This document shows positions 1-11,063 of a stretch of 64,000 bases of DNA, piece after piece. Origin of the DNA: an uncultured Rhodospirillales bacterium (GTDB lineage Bacteria; Pseudomonadota; Alphaproteobacteria; Rhodospirillales; UBA2165); NCBI GenBank assembly GCA_905614355.1, contig CAJQSN010000043.1, positions 3,701 to 67,700 of the forward strand, in the 5' to 3' direction. The stretch's first letter is position 1. Every line of letters starts with the position of its first letter. The translations under genes were made by a program, and so were the position numbers. The notes beneath the pieces are model-generated. The model was not told the DNA's origin, searched no databases, and saw only the letters and a list, made by a program, of their open reading frames with translations.

Positions 1-72
1 GAAAAGATACTATCTTAAATCCTTCTTTTATCGCTCAAGGGTAGCAAAACTTAAAATAGCTATAAATTAACT

Positions 73-1014
73 ATGAAAACAATAATTTTAAACTCAAATA
101 AAAAAGGAATAAAAACTGCCGCAATTCAATTACGCGCAGGCAAGCTAGTCGCCTTCCCAACGGAAACTGTGTACGGCCTCGGCGCTAATGCTTATATAAA
201 CGAGGCTGTAGCAAGTGTTTATGAAGCAAAACGCCGTCCCAGTTTTAACCCCTTAATTGTCCATTTTAACACTGTTGATGATGTAAAACAGCAGGTCGTA
301 TGGAATGAGTGGTCGGAAAAACTCGCTGCAAAATTTTGGCCAGGTGCCGTGACGTTTATTTTAAAAAGAGCTAAGGATTGTCAATTATCACTTTTGGTTA
401 GCGCTGGTCTTGATACAGTCGCGGTGCGAATTCCATCTCATAAAATAGCACAAAACTTAATCAAAGAATCAGCGTGCCCAATAGCAGCCCCTAGTGCTAA
501 CGCTTCCGGAAAGATAAGCCCTACAACTGCTAAGCATGTCCAAATATCACTCGGCAGCAGGATCCCCTATATTGTTAATGGAGGATCATGCTCTATTGGT
601 TTAGAATCCACAGTTATTGATTTATCAGATAAAAATCCAACACTATTACGATTAGGCGGCATAACATTGGACCAACTTAATGCAATTATAGGCCCCATTT
701 CATTCTGCGATAATGAGAATACGGTTTTATCTCCAGGCATGCTTAATCGCCATTATGCTCCAGATACCCACATCCGTTTAAATGCTACAAAATTTTCCAA
801 AACTGAGAGCGTGCTTGGATTTGGACCTGGCGCACCCAAATCGGCCTTCAACCTTAGCTCCACGGGGAATTTAATTGAGGCTGCGGCTAATCTATTTAAT
901 CTTATGCACCAATTAAACAAACCTGGCGCGCAACCGATCGCTGTTATGCCAATTCCAGAAGTAGGGTTAGGGCTGGCAATTAACGATCGCTTGCGCCGAT
1001 CTGCTGCGAGTTAA
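73..1014 (+). CDS. tsaC: L-threonylcarbamoyladenylate synthase (Sua5/YrdC with C-terminal Sua5 domain)
   Basis: VAFPTETVYGLGA, K-RPSFNPLIVH, AAPSAN-SG, SPGML-RHYAP and AINDRLRRSA motifs. Confidence 0.95.
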   Translation: MKTIILNSNKKGIKTAAIQLRAGKLVAFPTETVYGLGANAYINEAVASVYEAKRRPSFNPLIVHFNTVDDVKQQVVWNEWSEKLAAKFWPGAVTFILKRAKDCQLSLLVSAGLDTVAVRIPSHKIAQNLIKESACPIAAPSANASGKISPTTAKHVQISLGSRIPYIVNGGSCSIGLESTVIDLSDKNPTLLRLGGITLDQLNAIIGPISFCDNENTVLSPGMLNRHYAPDTHIRLNATKFSKTESVLGFGPGAPKSAFNLSSTGNLIEAAANLFNLMHQLNKPGAQPIAVMPIPEVGLGLAINDRLRRSAAS

Positions 1015-1024
1015 TGATCAAATC

Positions 1025-2431
1025 ATGCCTTTACCTAAGAAAATAAAAAATCAATTAGCAAAAATTGTGGGGCCAAATGGCCTCATCTATGAGCCAGATA
1101 AAATGATGCCTTATCTCCATGAAGAGAGGGGTCTAGCAAAAGGGATGGCCGATATAGTACTGCGCCCGAACAATGTTCAGGAAGTGTCATCTATTGTACA
1201 ACTATGTGCAAAGGAAAAAATACCAATAGTGCCGGTGGGTGGTTGCACAGGTCTGGTTGGTGGCACCTTAGCTAATGGCGGCGTGATTTTAGCTACTGAT
1301 CGCCTTAATACAATTATTCAAGTAGATCCACTTAACAACACAATAACTGTAGAATCTGGTTGTATTTTAGCTAATTTACAAGCTGCGGCACTAGAAAAAG
1401 AATGCCTGTTTCCGTTAAGTTTAGGGGCTGAAGGAAGCTGCCAAATTGGTGGCAATTTATCAACAAATGCAGGAGGTGTTAGCGTTCTAAAATACGGCAA
1501 TACACGGGACTTAGTTCTAGGTTTAGAAGTTGTTCTGCCAAACGGTGATGTCTGGAGCGAATTAAATGCACTACGCAAAGACAATACAGGATATGATTTA
1601 AAACAAATTTTTGTTGGTGCCGAGGGTACACTGGGCATTATTACTAAAGCTGTATTAAAGCTTTTTCCTGCACCAAAAGTCTCTACGACTGTCTTAGTAG
1701 CCTTACCAAAAATTGACGCCATTTTAGGCTTATTTGACCAAACCAGGGAGTTATGCGGCGACCGATTAACAGCGTTTGAACTAATATCAAGAATGGCGAT
1801 CGAACTTGGGAGCACCCACATTCCCGGAATTATTGACCCTTTTAAGACACCATACCCCTACTATGCACTTATTGAGCTGACATCAGCTCAGAAAAAAGAT
1901 AACTTACGCGACAATATTGAAGAGATTTTAGCGCATGCCCTTGAAAAGGGTATTATCATCGATGCTGTGTTTGCGGACAGCGAGGCACAACGAAGAGAGC
2001 TTTGGCGAATTCGAGAAGAAATACCTGCTGCACAGTCTCGGGAAGGAGGAAGTATTAAGCATGATATTTCCGTCCCTGTTTCTAGTACAGTGGAATTTAT
2101 TATAGAGGCCTCAGAACGCGTGTTAAAAGCACTTCCTGGCATTCGGCCATGCCCCTTTGGGCACATTGGAGATGGGAATATACATTATAATTTAACACAA
2201 CCCATCGGCATGGTAAAAAAAGATTTTTTGCTACAATCAGCTAAAATCAATCGTATAGTTCACGATTTAGTGGTAGAAATGGGAGGTAGTATCAGCGCTG
2301 AACACGGGATTGGTTCTTTTAAACGGGAAGAATTAGCTCATTATTCCTCACCAGCAAAAATTTCACTAATCCGAACCATTAAGAATGCCATTGATCCTGA
2401 TAATATAATGAACCCCGGTAAAATAATCTAA
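1025..2431 (+). CDS. FAD-binding oxidoreductase, VAO/D-2-hydroxyacid dehydrogenase family
   Basis: P-GG-TGLVGG, SCQIGGNLSTNAGG, LRKDNTGYDLK, FGHIGDGNIH, GSISAEHGIG and DP-NIMNPGK motifs. Confidence 0.9.
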   Translation: MPLPKKIKNQLAKIVGPNGLIYEPDKMMPYLHEERGLAKGMADIVLRPNNVQEVSSIVQLCAKEKIPIVPVGGCTGLVGGTLANGGVILATDRLNTIIQVDPLNNTITVESGCILANLQAAALEKECLFPLSLGAEGSCQIGGNLSTNAGGVSVLKYGNTRDLVLGLEVVLPNGDVWSELNALRKDNTGYDLKQIFVGAEGTLGIITKAVLKLFPAPKVSTTVLVALPKIDAILGLFDQTRELCGDRLTAFELISRMAIELGSTHIPGIIDPFKTPYPYYALIELTSAQKKDNLRDNIEEILAHALEKGIIIDAVFADSEAQRRELWRIREEIPAAQSREGGSIKHDISVPVSSTVEFIIEASERVLKALPGIRPCPFGHIGDGNIHYNLTQPIGMVKKDFLLQSAKINRIVHDLVVEMGGSISAEHGIGSFKREELAHYSSPAKISLIRTIKNAIDPDNIMNPGKII

Positions 2432-2771
2432 AAAATTGCTGCAATTATCTATAGATATAGACGTAACCAATAATTAAAAATTTTAAAAAACTTTGCATAT
2501 TAAATTTCAGAATATATTCTTATGACATTTAAAGTGCTCACAACAACTGAACGGATTGATGATAATTATTTGAGGTGACTATAAGTAGTTTTTAAAGAAT
2601 AGATTATTAGCTGTAATACTATAAGCAAGATTAGTTATATTCTATTACTAATACAGAACTATTATAAAAACACTCCAAACCACTGTTGTTGGTTGATTCT
2701 ATAATTTAAATTTCACTATAAGATGAGTTCCTAAAACTTCAGACTATAGGCTCCCGTGGAGTAGCCATAAC

Positions 2772-3875
2772 TTGAACCAGATAAATAAGTATATAACGCG
2801 GCAGCTAATTATTGCGACGCTAGTCGTTGGATCAGTCATGACAGGAGTTATGTGGCTTTTTATCGCAGTGCGTGCAGTCGAACATATTATAAATCGAGGC
2901 GTATCGGTGAAAATATTTTTGCATTTAAGCATACTGCAAATACCAAATTTTATTGTCCATATAATTCCCTTTGCCGTTTTCATAGCAACACTTTTCGTAT
3001 ATAGCCGACTTAATTCAGACCGAGAAATTATTGTTTTACAAGCAGCCGGCGTCAGCCCTTTATCACTTGCAAAACCCGCGCTTACAATTGCTTGTCTTGC
3101 GGTACTCATTGGATACTGTATGACACTTTACGTTACGCCCAAATCCTATCAAAGCTTTCGTAATCTCCAATGGGATATCAGATATAGCTTTGCGCATGTG
3201 TTATTAAAAGAAGGCGTATTTAACGCTATATCAGATAAGTTAACAATATTTATAAGAGAGAGGAAGGGTCAATCAGAACTACGTGGCATCCTCTACCACG
3301 ACACTACAAAAACAGATAAGCCAGTCACGATAATAGCTAAACGAGGCCTATTAACAAAGAATTCTGATGGAGCACGTGTCACCGTATTTGAAGGGAATAG
3401 ACAGGAAATCCAGGCAAAAAATAATAATCTCTCAATATTATATTTTGACAGATACACCATAGACTTAAGCGGCATTACGCCCAAACCCAGTAGTCGCTTC
3501 CGAGAAGCACGCGAACGCATGGTCGACGAATTATTAAACCTAAAGGTTCAGGATGTTGGGAATCCACGGGATTTTGGCAAATTTAAAGCGGAAGCACACC
3601 AACGTCTAACTGCGCCAATTAATACTCTAGTATTCACTCTTATTGCACTTATCTGCCTTTTACTCGGTGATTTTTCACGACGAGGACAAGCTAAACGCAT
3701 CATACTTGCTTCAGTTATTTTTTTCACCGTCTGGGTGGGCAATTTGGGGATAATTAACCTTAGCGCAAAAAATCTTCACGTTATTCCTCTCATATACGTA
3801 TTTGCGCTGACCCCCATTTTAGTCATGTTACCACTTTTATTTTTGAACCCACGGTTCAAAAAAAGGAAAGAATAA
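2772..3875 (+). CDS. lptF: LPS export ABC transporter permease LptF
   Basis: RL-SDREIIVLQAAGVS motif, three N-terminal and three C-terminal TM segments, first gene of lptFGD; TTG start. Confidence 0.9.
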   Translation: MNQINKYITRQLIIATLVVGSVMTGVMWLFIAVRAVEHIINRGVSVKIFLHLSILQIPNFIVHIIPFAVFIATLFVYSRLNSDREIIVLQAAGVSPLSLAKPALTIACLAVLIGYCMTLYVTPKSYQSFRNLQWDIRYSFAHVLLKEGVFNAISDKLTIFIRERKGQSELRGILYHDTTKTDKPVTIIAKRGLLTKNSDGARVTVFEGNRQEIQAKNNNLSILYFDRYTIDLSGITPKPSSRFREARERMVDELLNLKVQDVGNPRDFGKFKAEAHQRLTAPINTLVFTLIALICLLLGDFSRRGQAKRIILASVIFFTVWVGNLGIINLSAKNLHVIPLIYVFALTPILVMLPLLFLNPRFKKRKE

Positions 3876-4976
3876 ATGCGCTTATCTCTAATACTAACAC
3901 GTTATATTGCAAAAAATTTTATGCGCAGTTTTTTAACTATTTTTATTATTTTTCTTACAATTATTTTTCTTATCGATATTGTAGAATTACTTCGTAGAGC
4001 TTCAAACAATGATAACGTTGGTCTCGGTTTGGTTATAAAAATGGGCCTTATGAAGCTACCATTTATGGCTCAACAAATTTTTCCTTTTGCTGTTTTATTT
4101 GGCGGAATGGCATCGTTCTGGAGGCTAACTCGAAGCAGTGAATTAGTCGTGACGAGATCCGCTGGTGTATCTGCTTGGCAATTTTTAATGCCTGTAATCC
4201 TAGTTTCTTTTCTCTTAGGCCTTTTTCAAATTTCAGCATTTAATCCCCTTGCATCAGCAATGTTATCTAAATATGACAGGCTCAATGCAATCTACTTTAA
4301 AGGCCAATCTAACTTATTAGCTGTATCAAAAAATGGTCTTTGGTTAAGACAGTCCACTGGGGAAAATCAGTCAGTTATCCATGCACCCTACATCACTATA
4401 ATAAACAATAAAATCTCTCTGTCGCATGTATCAATTTTCATGTATGAAGGTAGTGATAAGTTTGTAGCACGTATTGATGCTGAAGAAGGTAGTCTTATTA
4501 GAGGGTTTTGGCGTCTGCAGAATGCTACAATTAATGTAAAAGATAAAAAACCAATATTTATAAAAGAACACCGGATGGAAACAGACATCACATTGAACAA
4601 AATTCACGAAAGCTTCTCTCCTCCTGAAACAATGTCATTTTGGAATCTTCCAGGTTTTATAAATAACTTGGAGAAGTCAGGGTTTTCAGCTGTACGCCAT
4701 CGGCTTTATTGGCATTCATTATTATCGGCACCTCTTCTACTTTGCTCAATGGTTTTAATTGCCGCAACGTTCACACTTAGACAATCGCGTCGTAGCAGTG
4801 CTAACAACATTATTATCGGTGGTGTTTTTACTGGATTTCTTCTATTTTTTCTATCGGATGTAGTTTTTGCACTTGGATTACGTGAGAGTATTCCAGTTGT
4901 ACTAGCGGCGTGGACCCCTTCAGGAATTGCATTACTGTTGGGCCTTTCAATGGTTTTTCATCTGGAAGACGGTTAA
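3876..4976 (+). CDS. lptG: LPS export ABC transporter permease LptG
   Basis: RLTRSSELVVTRSAGVSAWQF, PETMSFW-LP and C-terminal HLEDG typical of alphaproteobacterial LptG. Confidence 0.92.
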   Translation: MRLSLILTRYIAKNFMRSFLTIFIIFLTIIFLIDIVELLRRASNNDNVGLGLVIKMGLMKLPFMAQQIFPFAVLFGGMASFWRLTRSSELVVTRSAGVSAWQFLMPVILVSFLLGLFQISAFNPLASAMLSKYDRLNAIYFKGQSNLLAVSKNGLWLRQSTGENQSVIHAPYITIINNKISLSHVSIFMYEGSDKFVARIDAEEGSLIRGFWRLQNATINVKDKKPIFIKEHRMETDITLNKIHESFSPPETMSFWNLPGFINNLEKSGFSAVRHRLYWHSLLSAPLLLCSMVLIAATFTLRQSRRSSANNIIIGGVFTGFLLFFLSDVVFALGLRESIPVVLAAWTPSGIALLLGLSMVFHLEDG

Positions 4977-4979
4977 GCA

Positions 4980-7160
4980 ATGCCACAAGAAATTAAAAAG
5001 AACCCTGGGCATACGTGCATTCAATTGTTCTTAATCCTTTCTCTAATTATTTGTTTTGGTACTTTTAAAGAAGGTCTTGCCAAAAACAATCCTCAACTCA
5101 AGAATAAACCTCTAGCCTTCACATCGGATGAAGTGATCCACGACAAAGAACTCGGGGTTATTAAAGCTTCGGGAAACGTTGAAATATTCAACAACAAACA
5201 GGTCTTATTGGCTGATAGAATTTCTTATAACCAACGTCAAGATATGGTGACAGCCTCTGGTAATGTAAGTCTTCTAGATTCTGCCGGACACGTGTTATTC
5301 GCGGAATATATGGAACTTAGTGGTAATTTTAAAACTGCCTTTATTCAAAATATTAAAATTCGTCTATCCGATAATGCCAGAATTGTAGCCAGTAATGCTG
5401 AGCGTTACGATGGAAACTCTACAGAAATGAAAAATGCTGTTTATTCACCCTGCACCACCTGCGCCAGTATGCCGGATCAACCTCCATTATGGCAGCTTAA
5501 GGCAAAAAAAATTATACATAACCAAAAGCAGCAAGAACTGGAATATTATGACGTATGGATGGAATTGGTCGGTTTACCCCTTTTCTATACACCTTACTTC
5601 TGGCATCCAGATCCAACGGTCAAAAGAAGATCAGGGTTCTTAGCACCAAGTACAGGTGGAACAACATACTTAGGTACAACCGTTACTACGCCATATTTTT
5701 ATGCAATTTCACCGAGCAGAGATCTTACTATCTCGCCTACAGTTGCGACTAGGGAACGGTTTCTCGTGTCTGGAGTTTATAGGGACAGGTATACTAATGG
5801 TGCAATAGATTTTGGTGGCAGCCTAGCATATAACTCAAATAACAAGATAAGAGGACATATTAAGAGTGATGTACGATTTGATTTAGATGACGAATGGCGA
5901 TTAGGCCTTGATGTAAACAGGTCAACAGATGATACATATCTGCGGAGTTATGGCATTCCAACGTCTCGTGTGCTGACAACAAAAGCTTATACCGAGGGCT
6001 TTAGTCAGCGAAATTATTTAGCAGCAGAGGCTTATTCATTTCAGGGTACAGCAATTGAAGATGATCGGGATCAATCTCCATTAGTTTTACCTGTGGTAAC
6101 ATTCAATCACCAAAGTGAAATAGGACGATTAGGATCAAGTAATAATTTTAACGCCAGCTCAATTATGCTGACCCGAAAAAATGGTAATAATACGCGACGT
6201 ATTTCGGTTGATGGTGGCTGGCACCTACCACTCATTGGACGGAGAGGTGACATCACTAAAGTTTCGGTGACTGCGCGCGGCGACCTATACCAAGTTAGAA
6301 ACCTAACTCTCGACAAAAGGAAAGGCAAATATTCTGGTTTTTCTAGCCGCTTTCGCCCGCAAATCAAGGTTGGCTGGCGATTTCCACTTGCACGCCAACA
6401 TGGTAAAATTAGTCAGACATTAGAACCTATAGCATCTACGATCATTAGCCCTTACGGCGGGAACTTTGCGAAAATACCAAATGAAGATAGTATCAGCATG
6501 GAGTTTGATGACACAAATTTGTTCAGTGATAATGTATTTACTGGGCGCGATAGGGTTGAAGGAGGCCCGCGCATAAAATATGGCCTCAAATGGGGTTTAA
6601 TTGGGTCGAAAGGTGGGTATACAACTGCATTTTTAGGACAGCGCTACCGTCCAAAAGACGACAATACATTTGTTGAAGGATCTGGGCTAGAGGGACTGTT
6701 GTCCGATTTTGTTGGGCGAGTAAATGTATCCCCCGGAAATCACCTCAATCTAGGTTACCGAACGCGTCTTGATAAGGATAATTTTTCTTTTAAGCGAAAT
6801 GAGTTACAACTTACGGTTGGACCACCCGCTCTCAAACTCGGGTTGGATTATATATTTTTTGAATCTCAGAGTGATACTGATTTTTCCGGACGCGAAGAAG
6901 TATCCAGCAATATTTCAGCTAAACTAAATAGATTTTGGTACACTAGTATTGCAACCCGCTATGACTTAGCAGGTGACGGTGATTTACGCAATTTAGGTGT
7001 TAACTTAACTTATGATTGCGAGTGTTTTAAGATTACCACCAGTTTCACTAGACAATTTTACAAAGATCGAGATGTGCGCCCTGGTGATACTATTTTGGTT
7101 AAATTTAACTTTAAAACTTTAGGGGATATACAAACGGGCCTTAACTCCGCTAATAAATAA
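4980..7160 (+). CDS. lptD: LPS assembly outer-membrane protein LptD
   Basis: Signal peptide, ASGNV repeats, YSPC..C, PLWQL-A, HPDPTVKRRSGFL-P, IPNEDS and Y-CECF motifs. Confidence 0.93.
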   Translation: MPQEIKKNPGHTCIQLFLILSLIICFGTFKEGLAKNNPQLKNKPLAFTSDEVIHDKELGVIKASGNVEIFNNKQVLLADRISYNQRQDMVTASGNVSLLDSAGHVLFAEYMELSGNFKTAFIQNIKIRLSDNARIVASNAERYDGNSTEMKNAVYSPCTTCASMPDQPPLWQLKAKKIIHNQKQQELEYYDVWMELVGLPLFYTPYFWHPDPTVKRRSGFLAPSTGGTTYLGTTVTTPYFYAISPSRDLTISPTVATRERFLVSGVYRDRYTNGAIDFGGSLAYNSNNKIRGHIKSDVRFDLDDEWRLGLDVNRSTDDTYLRSYGIPTSRVLTTKAYTEGFSQRNYLAAEAYSFQGTAIEDDRDQSPLVLPVVTFNHQSEIGRLGSSNNFNASSIMLTRKNGNNTRRISVDGGWHLPLIGRRGDITKVSVTARGDLYQVRNLTLDKRKGKYSGFSSRFRPQIKVGWRFPLARQHGKISQTLEPIASTIISPYGGNFAKIPNEDSISMEFDDTNLFSDNVFTGRDRVEGGPRIKYGLKWGLIGSKGGYTTAFLGQRYRPKDDNTFVEGSGLEGLLSDFVGRVNVSPGNHLNLGYRTRLDKDNFSFKRNELQLTVGPPALKLGLDYIFFESQSDTDFSGREEVSSNISAKLNRFWYTSIATRYDLAGDGDLRNLGVNLTYDCECFKITTSFTRQFYKDRDVRPGDTILVKFNFKTLGDIQTGLNSANK

Positions 7161-7194
7161 AATTCAATAGAGACCAAAGGTATACGCATACGTT

Positions 7195-8526
7195 ATGATA
7201 AAAAAGATTAATAAATTTTATACCGCTTACTTGGGGAAAATAATTTTTCCAAAAAAAAGATTATTATTCGTAACGTTATTATTTTTTTCCATGATCACTC
7301 CGTTAATTCCTGTTTCAGCTCAGTTGTATAATACCAAACAACAAGGTATCGTTGCCGTTGTTAATACAGATATTATCTCTCAATTTGATTTTATTGATCG
7401 CATTAAACTAGTTATTTTTACATCACGGCTACCTAACGATAAAAAAACTATTAAACGAATTTCTCCACAAATTTTGCGGGGACTTATAACCGATCAACTT
7501 AAATTACAAAAAACTAAAAAATTAGGCATCAAGGTCGGACAAAAAGAATTGAAAGCCGCAATAACCAAAATAGAGAGAGTGAATGGTTTGGTTAAAGGTG
7601 GAATGCGAATATTAATGAAAGAAAAAGGTATCAATTTTCGTTCGTTTGAACGCCAAATTGAAATCCAAACAGCATGGCGAAAAGCTGTTGTTAAAAAAGT
7701 TCTCTCTACCAAAAAAATTAATGATGAAGCCGTGGACAGCGCTATTACTGCAATTGAATTAAATAAAGGAAAACCAGAATACAACGTTGGTGAAATATTC
7801 TTCTCATTTGAACCCAGTAAATCAACAGTGGAAACCGGTCAAATTGCTATGCGTTTGTATTCTCAATTAAAACAGGGAGCTAATTTTTCTGCATTGGCTC
7901 GCGCCTTTTCGCAAAGCGTATCTGCAGCCAATGGCGGTAAACTAGGTTGGGTTAGACATGACCAGGTTGAAAAAAATTTATCAAATACCATGACCCTAAT
8001 GGAGAAAAATACTATTTCTAAACCATTCAAAGGAGAAGGTGGGTATTATATTTTGAAGCTTTTTGATAAACGCCTATCCTCTGGAGTTCCCAGTGAAAAA
8101 ATAAAAATTACCCTTCAACAATTATTTATTCCATTCCCAGAAAATTCTAGAATTGAACAAATAACTGATGTTGAAGAACGAGCGGAAAATATTTCCTCAA
8201 ACGTAAAAACTTGCTCAAATTTTAATAAAAAAGGAAAAGAGCTCGGATCAAAACAATCGGGTGAACTGAAAGTTGAGGATATTTTACAGCTACCAAGCAA
8301 TATACGCAATATAGTCCAAAAAATCGAATTGTCCAAAGCAAGCAAACCAATCAGAACTAGGACTGGTATTTTAATAATTATGGTCTGTAAAAGAAATGGT
8401 GGCGGCACTGCAAAGGATTTGCGAGCTCAAATCAAGAGTGTGCTACTACAACAGCATGCAGTTGTAGCTGACAGGCGTATGTTGCGGGATATTAGACGCA
8501 TTGCTTTCTTGGATATCAGACAATGA
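7195..8526 (+). CDS. surA: SurA-family periplasmic chaperone / parvulin PPIase
   Basis: IVAVVN-DIIS, FSALARAFSQ...GG-LGWV; located between lptD and pdxA. Confidence 0.85.
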   Translation: MIKKINKFYTAYLGKIIFPKKRLLFVTLLFFSMITPLIPVSAQLYNTKQQGIVAVVNTDIISQFDFIDRIKLVIFTSRLPNDKKTIKRISPQILRGLITDQLKLQKTKKLGIKVGQKELKAAITKIERVNGLVKGGMRILMKEKGINFRSFERQIEIQTAWRKAVVKKVLSTKKINDEAVDSAITAIELNKGKPEYNVGEIFFSFEPSKSTVETGQIAMRLYSQLKQGANFSALARAFSQSVSAANGGKLGWVRHDQVEKNLSNTMTLMEKNTISKPFKGEGGYYILKLFDKRLSSGVPSEKIKITLQQLFIPFPENSRIEQITDVEERAENISSNVKTCSNFNKKGKELGSKQSGELKVEDILQLPSNIRNIVQKIELSKASKPIRTRTGILIIMVCKRNGGGTAKDLRAQIKSVLLQQHAVVADRRMLRDIRRIAFLDIRQ

Positions 8527-9539
8527 TAAAACCTGGCCTCCCTACAGTTTTGACCATGGGTGAGCCAAGTGGTATCGGTGGCGAAATAGCGGTAAAAGCA
8601 TGGCTTTCAACACATAACGAGCCGCAGCCATTTTGTATAATCGACTCCCCCGCTAGACTTAAGAAGATTTGTAACTCTCTATCATTAAATACCAACATTA
8701 CCGAAATTTCAAATATAGAAGAAACCGCTAACGTATTTAACAAAGCTCTGCCAGTTTTACCTTTAAAATTGCCTAAGGACGCTATCCCGGGGGAGTTAAA
8801 CACCTCAAATAGTCCAGCCGTGATATTGGCAATTAAACAAGCCGTAAAATTAGTTCAAATGGGTAAAGCCAATGCCATGGTCACAAACCCTATACATAAG
8901 AATATATTATATGAATCTGGCTTCTCCTATCCTGGACATACAGAATATTTAGCGTCATTAGCCAATGTTAAGACTGAACCAGTGATGATGCTGGTATCGG
9001 ACCGCTTACGTGTTATTCCGGTGACTCGTCATGTCAGTATGAGGGATGCCATAAATAACCTAACTTCAGAACTAATAGTTGAAACAGCTATCATTGCAGA
9101 TAAAGCATTACGGCAGGATTTTGGAATTTCTAATCCCAGAATAGCAATTGCTGGACTCAATCCTCACGCCGGTGAGGGTGGAGTAATGGGGAATGAAGAA
9201 AAAACTTGTATTGAACCTGCTATCCACATATTAGCAGAAAAAGGTTTATCAGTAACTGGCCCTAAACCTCCAGATACTCTATTCCACCGTCAAGCTCGTA
9301 CAACTTATGATGTTGTGCTATGTATGTATCATGATCAAGCCCTTATTCCAATAAAGACTTTAGATTTTGAAACTGCTGTAAATGTAACTTTGGGCTTACC
9401 GTTTATCCGAACATCACCAGACCACGGAACAGCACTAGATATTGCTGGGAAGGGATTTGCCAATGAAAAAAGCTTAATTTCTGCTCTTAAAATGGCTAAT
9501 AAGATGGCATATAATAGGTCAATAACTACTCAAAAATAA
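8523..9539 (+). CDS. pdxA: 4-hydroxythreonine-4-phosphate dehydrogenase
   Basis: TMGEPSGIGGE, PGHTEYLA, GLNPHAGE, MYHDQALIP and RTSPDHGTA motifs. Confidence 0.96.
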   Translation: MIKPGLPTVLTMGEPSGIGGEIAVKAWLSTHNEPQPFCIIDSPARLKKICNSLSLNTNITEISNIEETANVFNKALPVLPLKLPKDAIPGELNTSNSPAVILAIKQAVKLVQMGKANAMVTNPIHKNILYESGFSYPGHTEYLASLANVKTEPVMMLVSDRLRVIPVTRHVSMRDAINNLTSELIVETAIIADKALRQDFGISNPRIAIAGLNPHAGEGGVMGNEEKTCIEPAIHILAEKGLSVTGPKPPDTLFHRQARTTYDVVLCMYHDQALIPIKTLDFETAVNVTLGLPFIRTSPDHGTALDIAGKGFANEKSLISALKMANKMAYNRSITTQK

Positions 9540-10381
9540 TGATTAAGAAAGATAAAATAAAGCCTTTGCGTGAGATTCTTGTCAATTCTAATTTGAATGC
9601 AAGAAAATCTCTGGGTCAGCATTTTCTATTTGACCAAAATCTAACCGATAGAATAGCACGGGTAGCTAGTGACAATACAAATGACCTCTCAGAATATACA
9701 GTGATTGAAATAGGGCCGGGTCCCGGTGGGTTAACCCGGTCGTTATTAGATCACAAACCCAAACAACTTTATGTGATAGAACGCGACCCACGATGCATTG
9801 AATTTCTAAAACAACTACACGAAGTCCATACTAATAAATTGACCATTATAATGGGTGATGCTTTAAAATTTAATATCTCAAGTATAGGACAGGCACCTCG
9901 TCGAATCATAGCAAACTTACCCTACAATATCTCAACAGCACTTTTAATAAAATGGCTGCGGCAGATTAAACATATAGAACAGATGACTTTAATGTTTCAA
10001 ACAGAAGTCGTTGATAGAATAGTTGCACAGCCTTCACGCAAATCGTACGGCAGGCTCAGTGTTATTACCCAATGGCTTTGTGAGCCTAAGTTAGAGTTTC
10101 ATATAGATAAACGTGCTTTCGTTCCGCCGCCTAAGGTAGGTTCCAGCCTTCTTACTTTAAAGCCTCGGCCCTCTCCACTTCACCCTGCTCAATTTGAATA
10201 TTTGGAAAAAATAACAGCAGTAGCATTTGGACAACGGCGAAAAATGTTACGTTCTTCGCTAAAACCACTAGATATTGATCTTCCCGCTCTGGGTATTGAT
10301 CCAACAGCGCGGCCTGAAAACTTATCCATCGAGGAATTCTGCCTATTGGCCCAAGTTATTGAAAGGCGCTCTCTAGGTTAA
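9539..10381 (+). CDS. rsmA: 16S rRNA adenine dimethyltransferase
   Basis: KSLGQHFL, EIGPGPGGLT, ANLPYNIST, F-PPPKV-S and FGQRRKMLR motifs. Confidence 0.96.
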   Translation: MIKKDKIKPLREILVNSNLNARKSLGQHFLFDQNLTDRIARVASDNTNDLSEYTVIEIGPGPGGLTRSLLDHKPKQLYVIERDPRCIEFLKQLHEVHTNKLTIIMGDALKFNISSIGQAPRRIIANLPYNISTALLIKWLRQIKHIEQMTLMFQTEVVDRIVAQPSRKSYGRLSVITQWLCEPKLEFHIDKRAFVPPPKVGSSLLTLKPRPSPLHPAQFEYLEKITAVAFGQRRKMLRSSLKPLDIDLPALGIDPTARPENLSIEEFCLLAQVIERRSLG

Positions 10382-10382
10382 C

Positions 10383-11063
10383 TTAATTAGGTGCCCTCAA
10401 ATTTTGAACAAACTCATGCAAACCAATTTGGCGCTCAATACTAATACGTTCCGCCGCCAAAATTTTTTCTACACACTGGACGCTCGTCTCGATATCTTCA
10501 TTAATAATGACGTATTTATATTCTCGATAGTGGCTCATTTCATCAGATGCTTTAGCCATACGCTGTTGCACTATTTCTTCAGTATCCTGAGCCCGCGTTC
10601 GGAGACGACTTTCGAGTTCTTTCGTATTCGGGGGCAATATAAACACACTGACTAAATCTTTTTTTGCATTTTCATTATCCGCCAACTGCTGTGTACCCTG
10701 CCAGTCAATATCAAATAAAATATCTTGCCCATTTAACAATGCATCTTCAACTGGTATTTTGGGCGTGCCATAGAGATTATCAAAGACATTAGCATATTCT
10801 AATAACTCACCACGACCAGCCATCAGGTTGAACTTTGTCTCATCAACAAAGTAATAGTCTTCGCCATCTCGTTCACCTGGCCTCATTGGGCGGGTAGTCG
10901 CAGAAATAGACATTGTTAGATTTGCATCACGTTCTAACATTGCACGAGAAATAGTTGTCTTCCCAGCTCCCGAAGGAGAAGATAAAACAAGCATCAGACC
11001 ACGCCGCGAAAAAGAAGTGTTATCATTATTCAATATTTTGGACCTGCTCGCGATATTGTTCAA
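10383..11063 (-). CDS. gmk: Guanylate kinase
   Basis: SSPSGAGKTT P-loop, SATTRPMRPGE-DG-DY and DIDWQG; true start may be slightly downstream. Confidence 0.96.
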   Translation of the reverse strand: MNNIASRSKILNNDNTSFSRRGLMLVLSSPSGAGKTTISRAMLERDANLTMSISATTRPMRPGERDGEDYYFVDETKFNLMAGRGELLEYANVFDNLYGTPKIPVEDALLNGQDILFDIDWQGTQQLADNENAKKDLVSVFILPPNTKELESRLRTRAQDTEEIVQQRMAKASDEMSHYREYKYVIINEDIETSVQCVEKILAAERISIERQIGLHEFVQNLRAPN

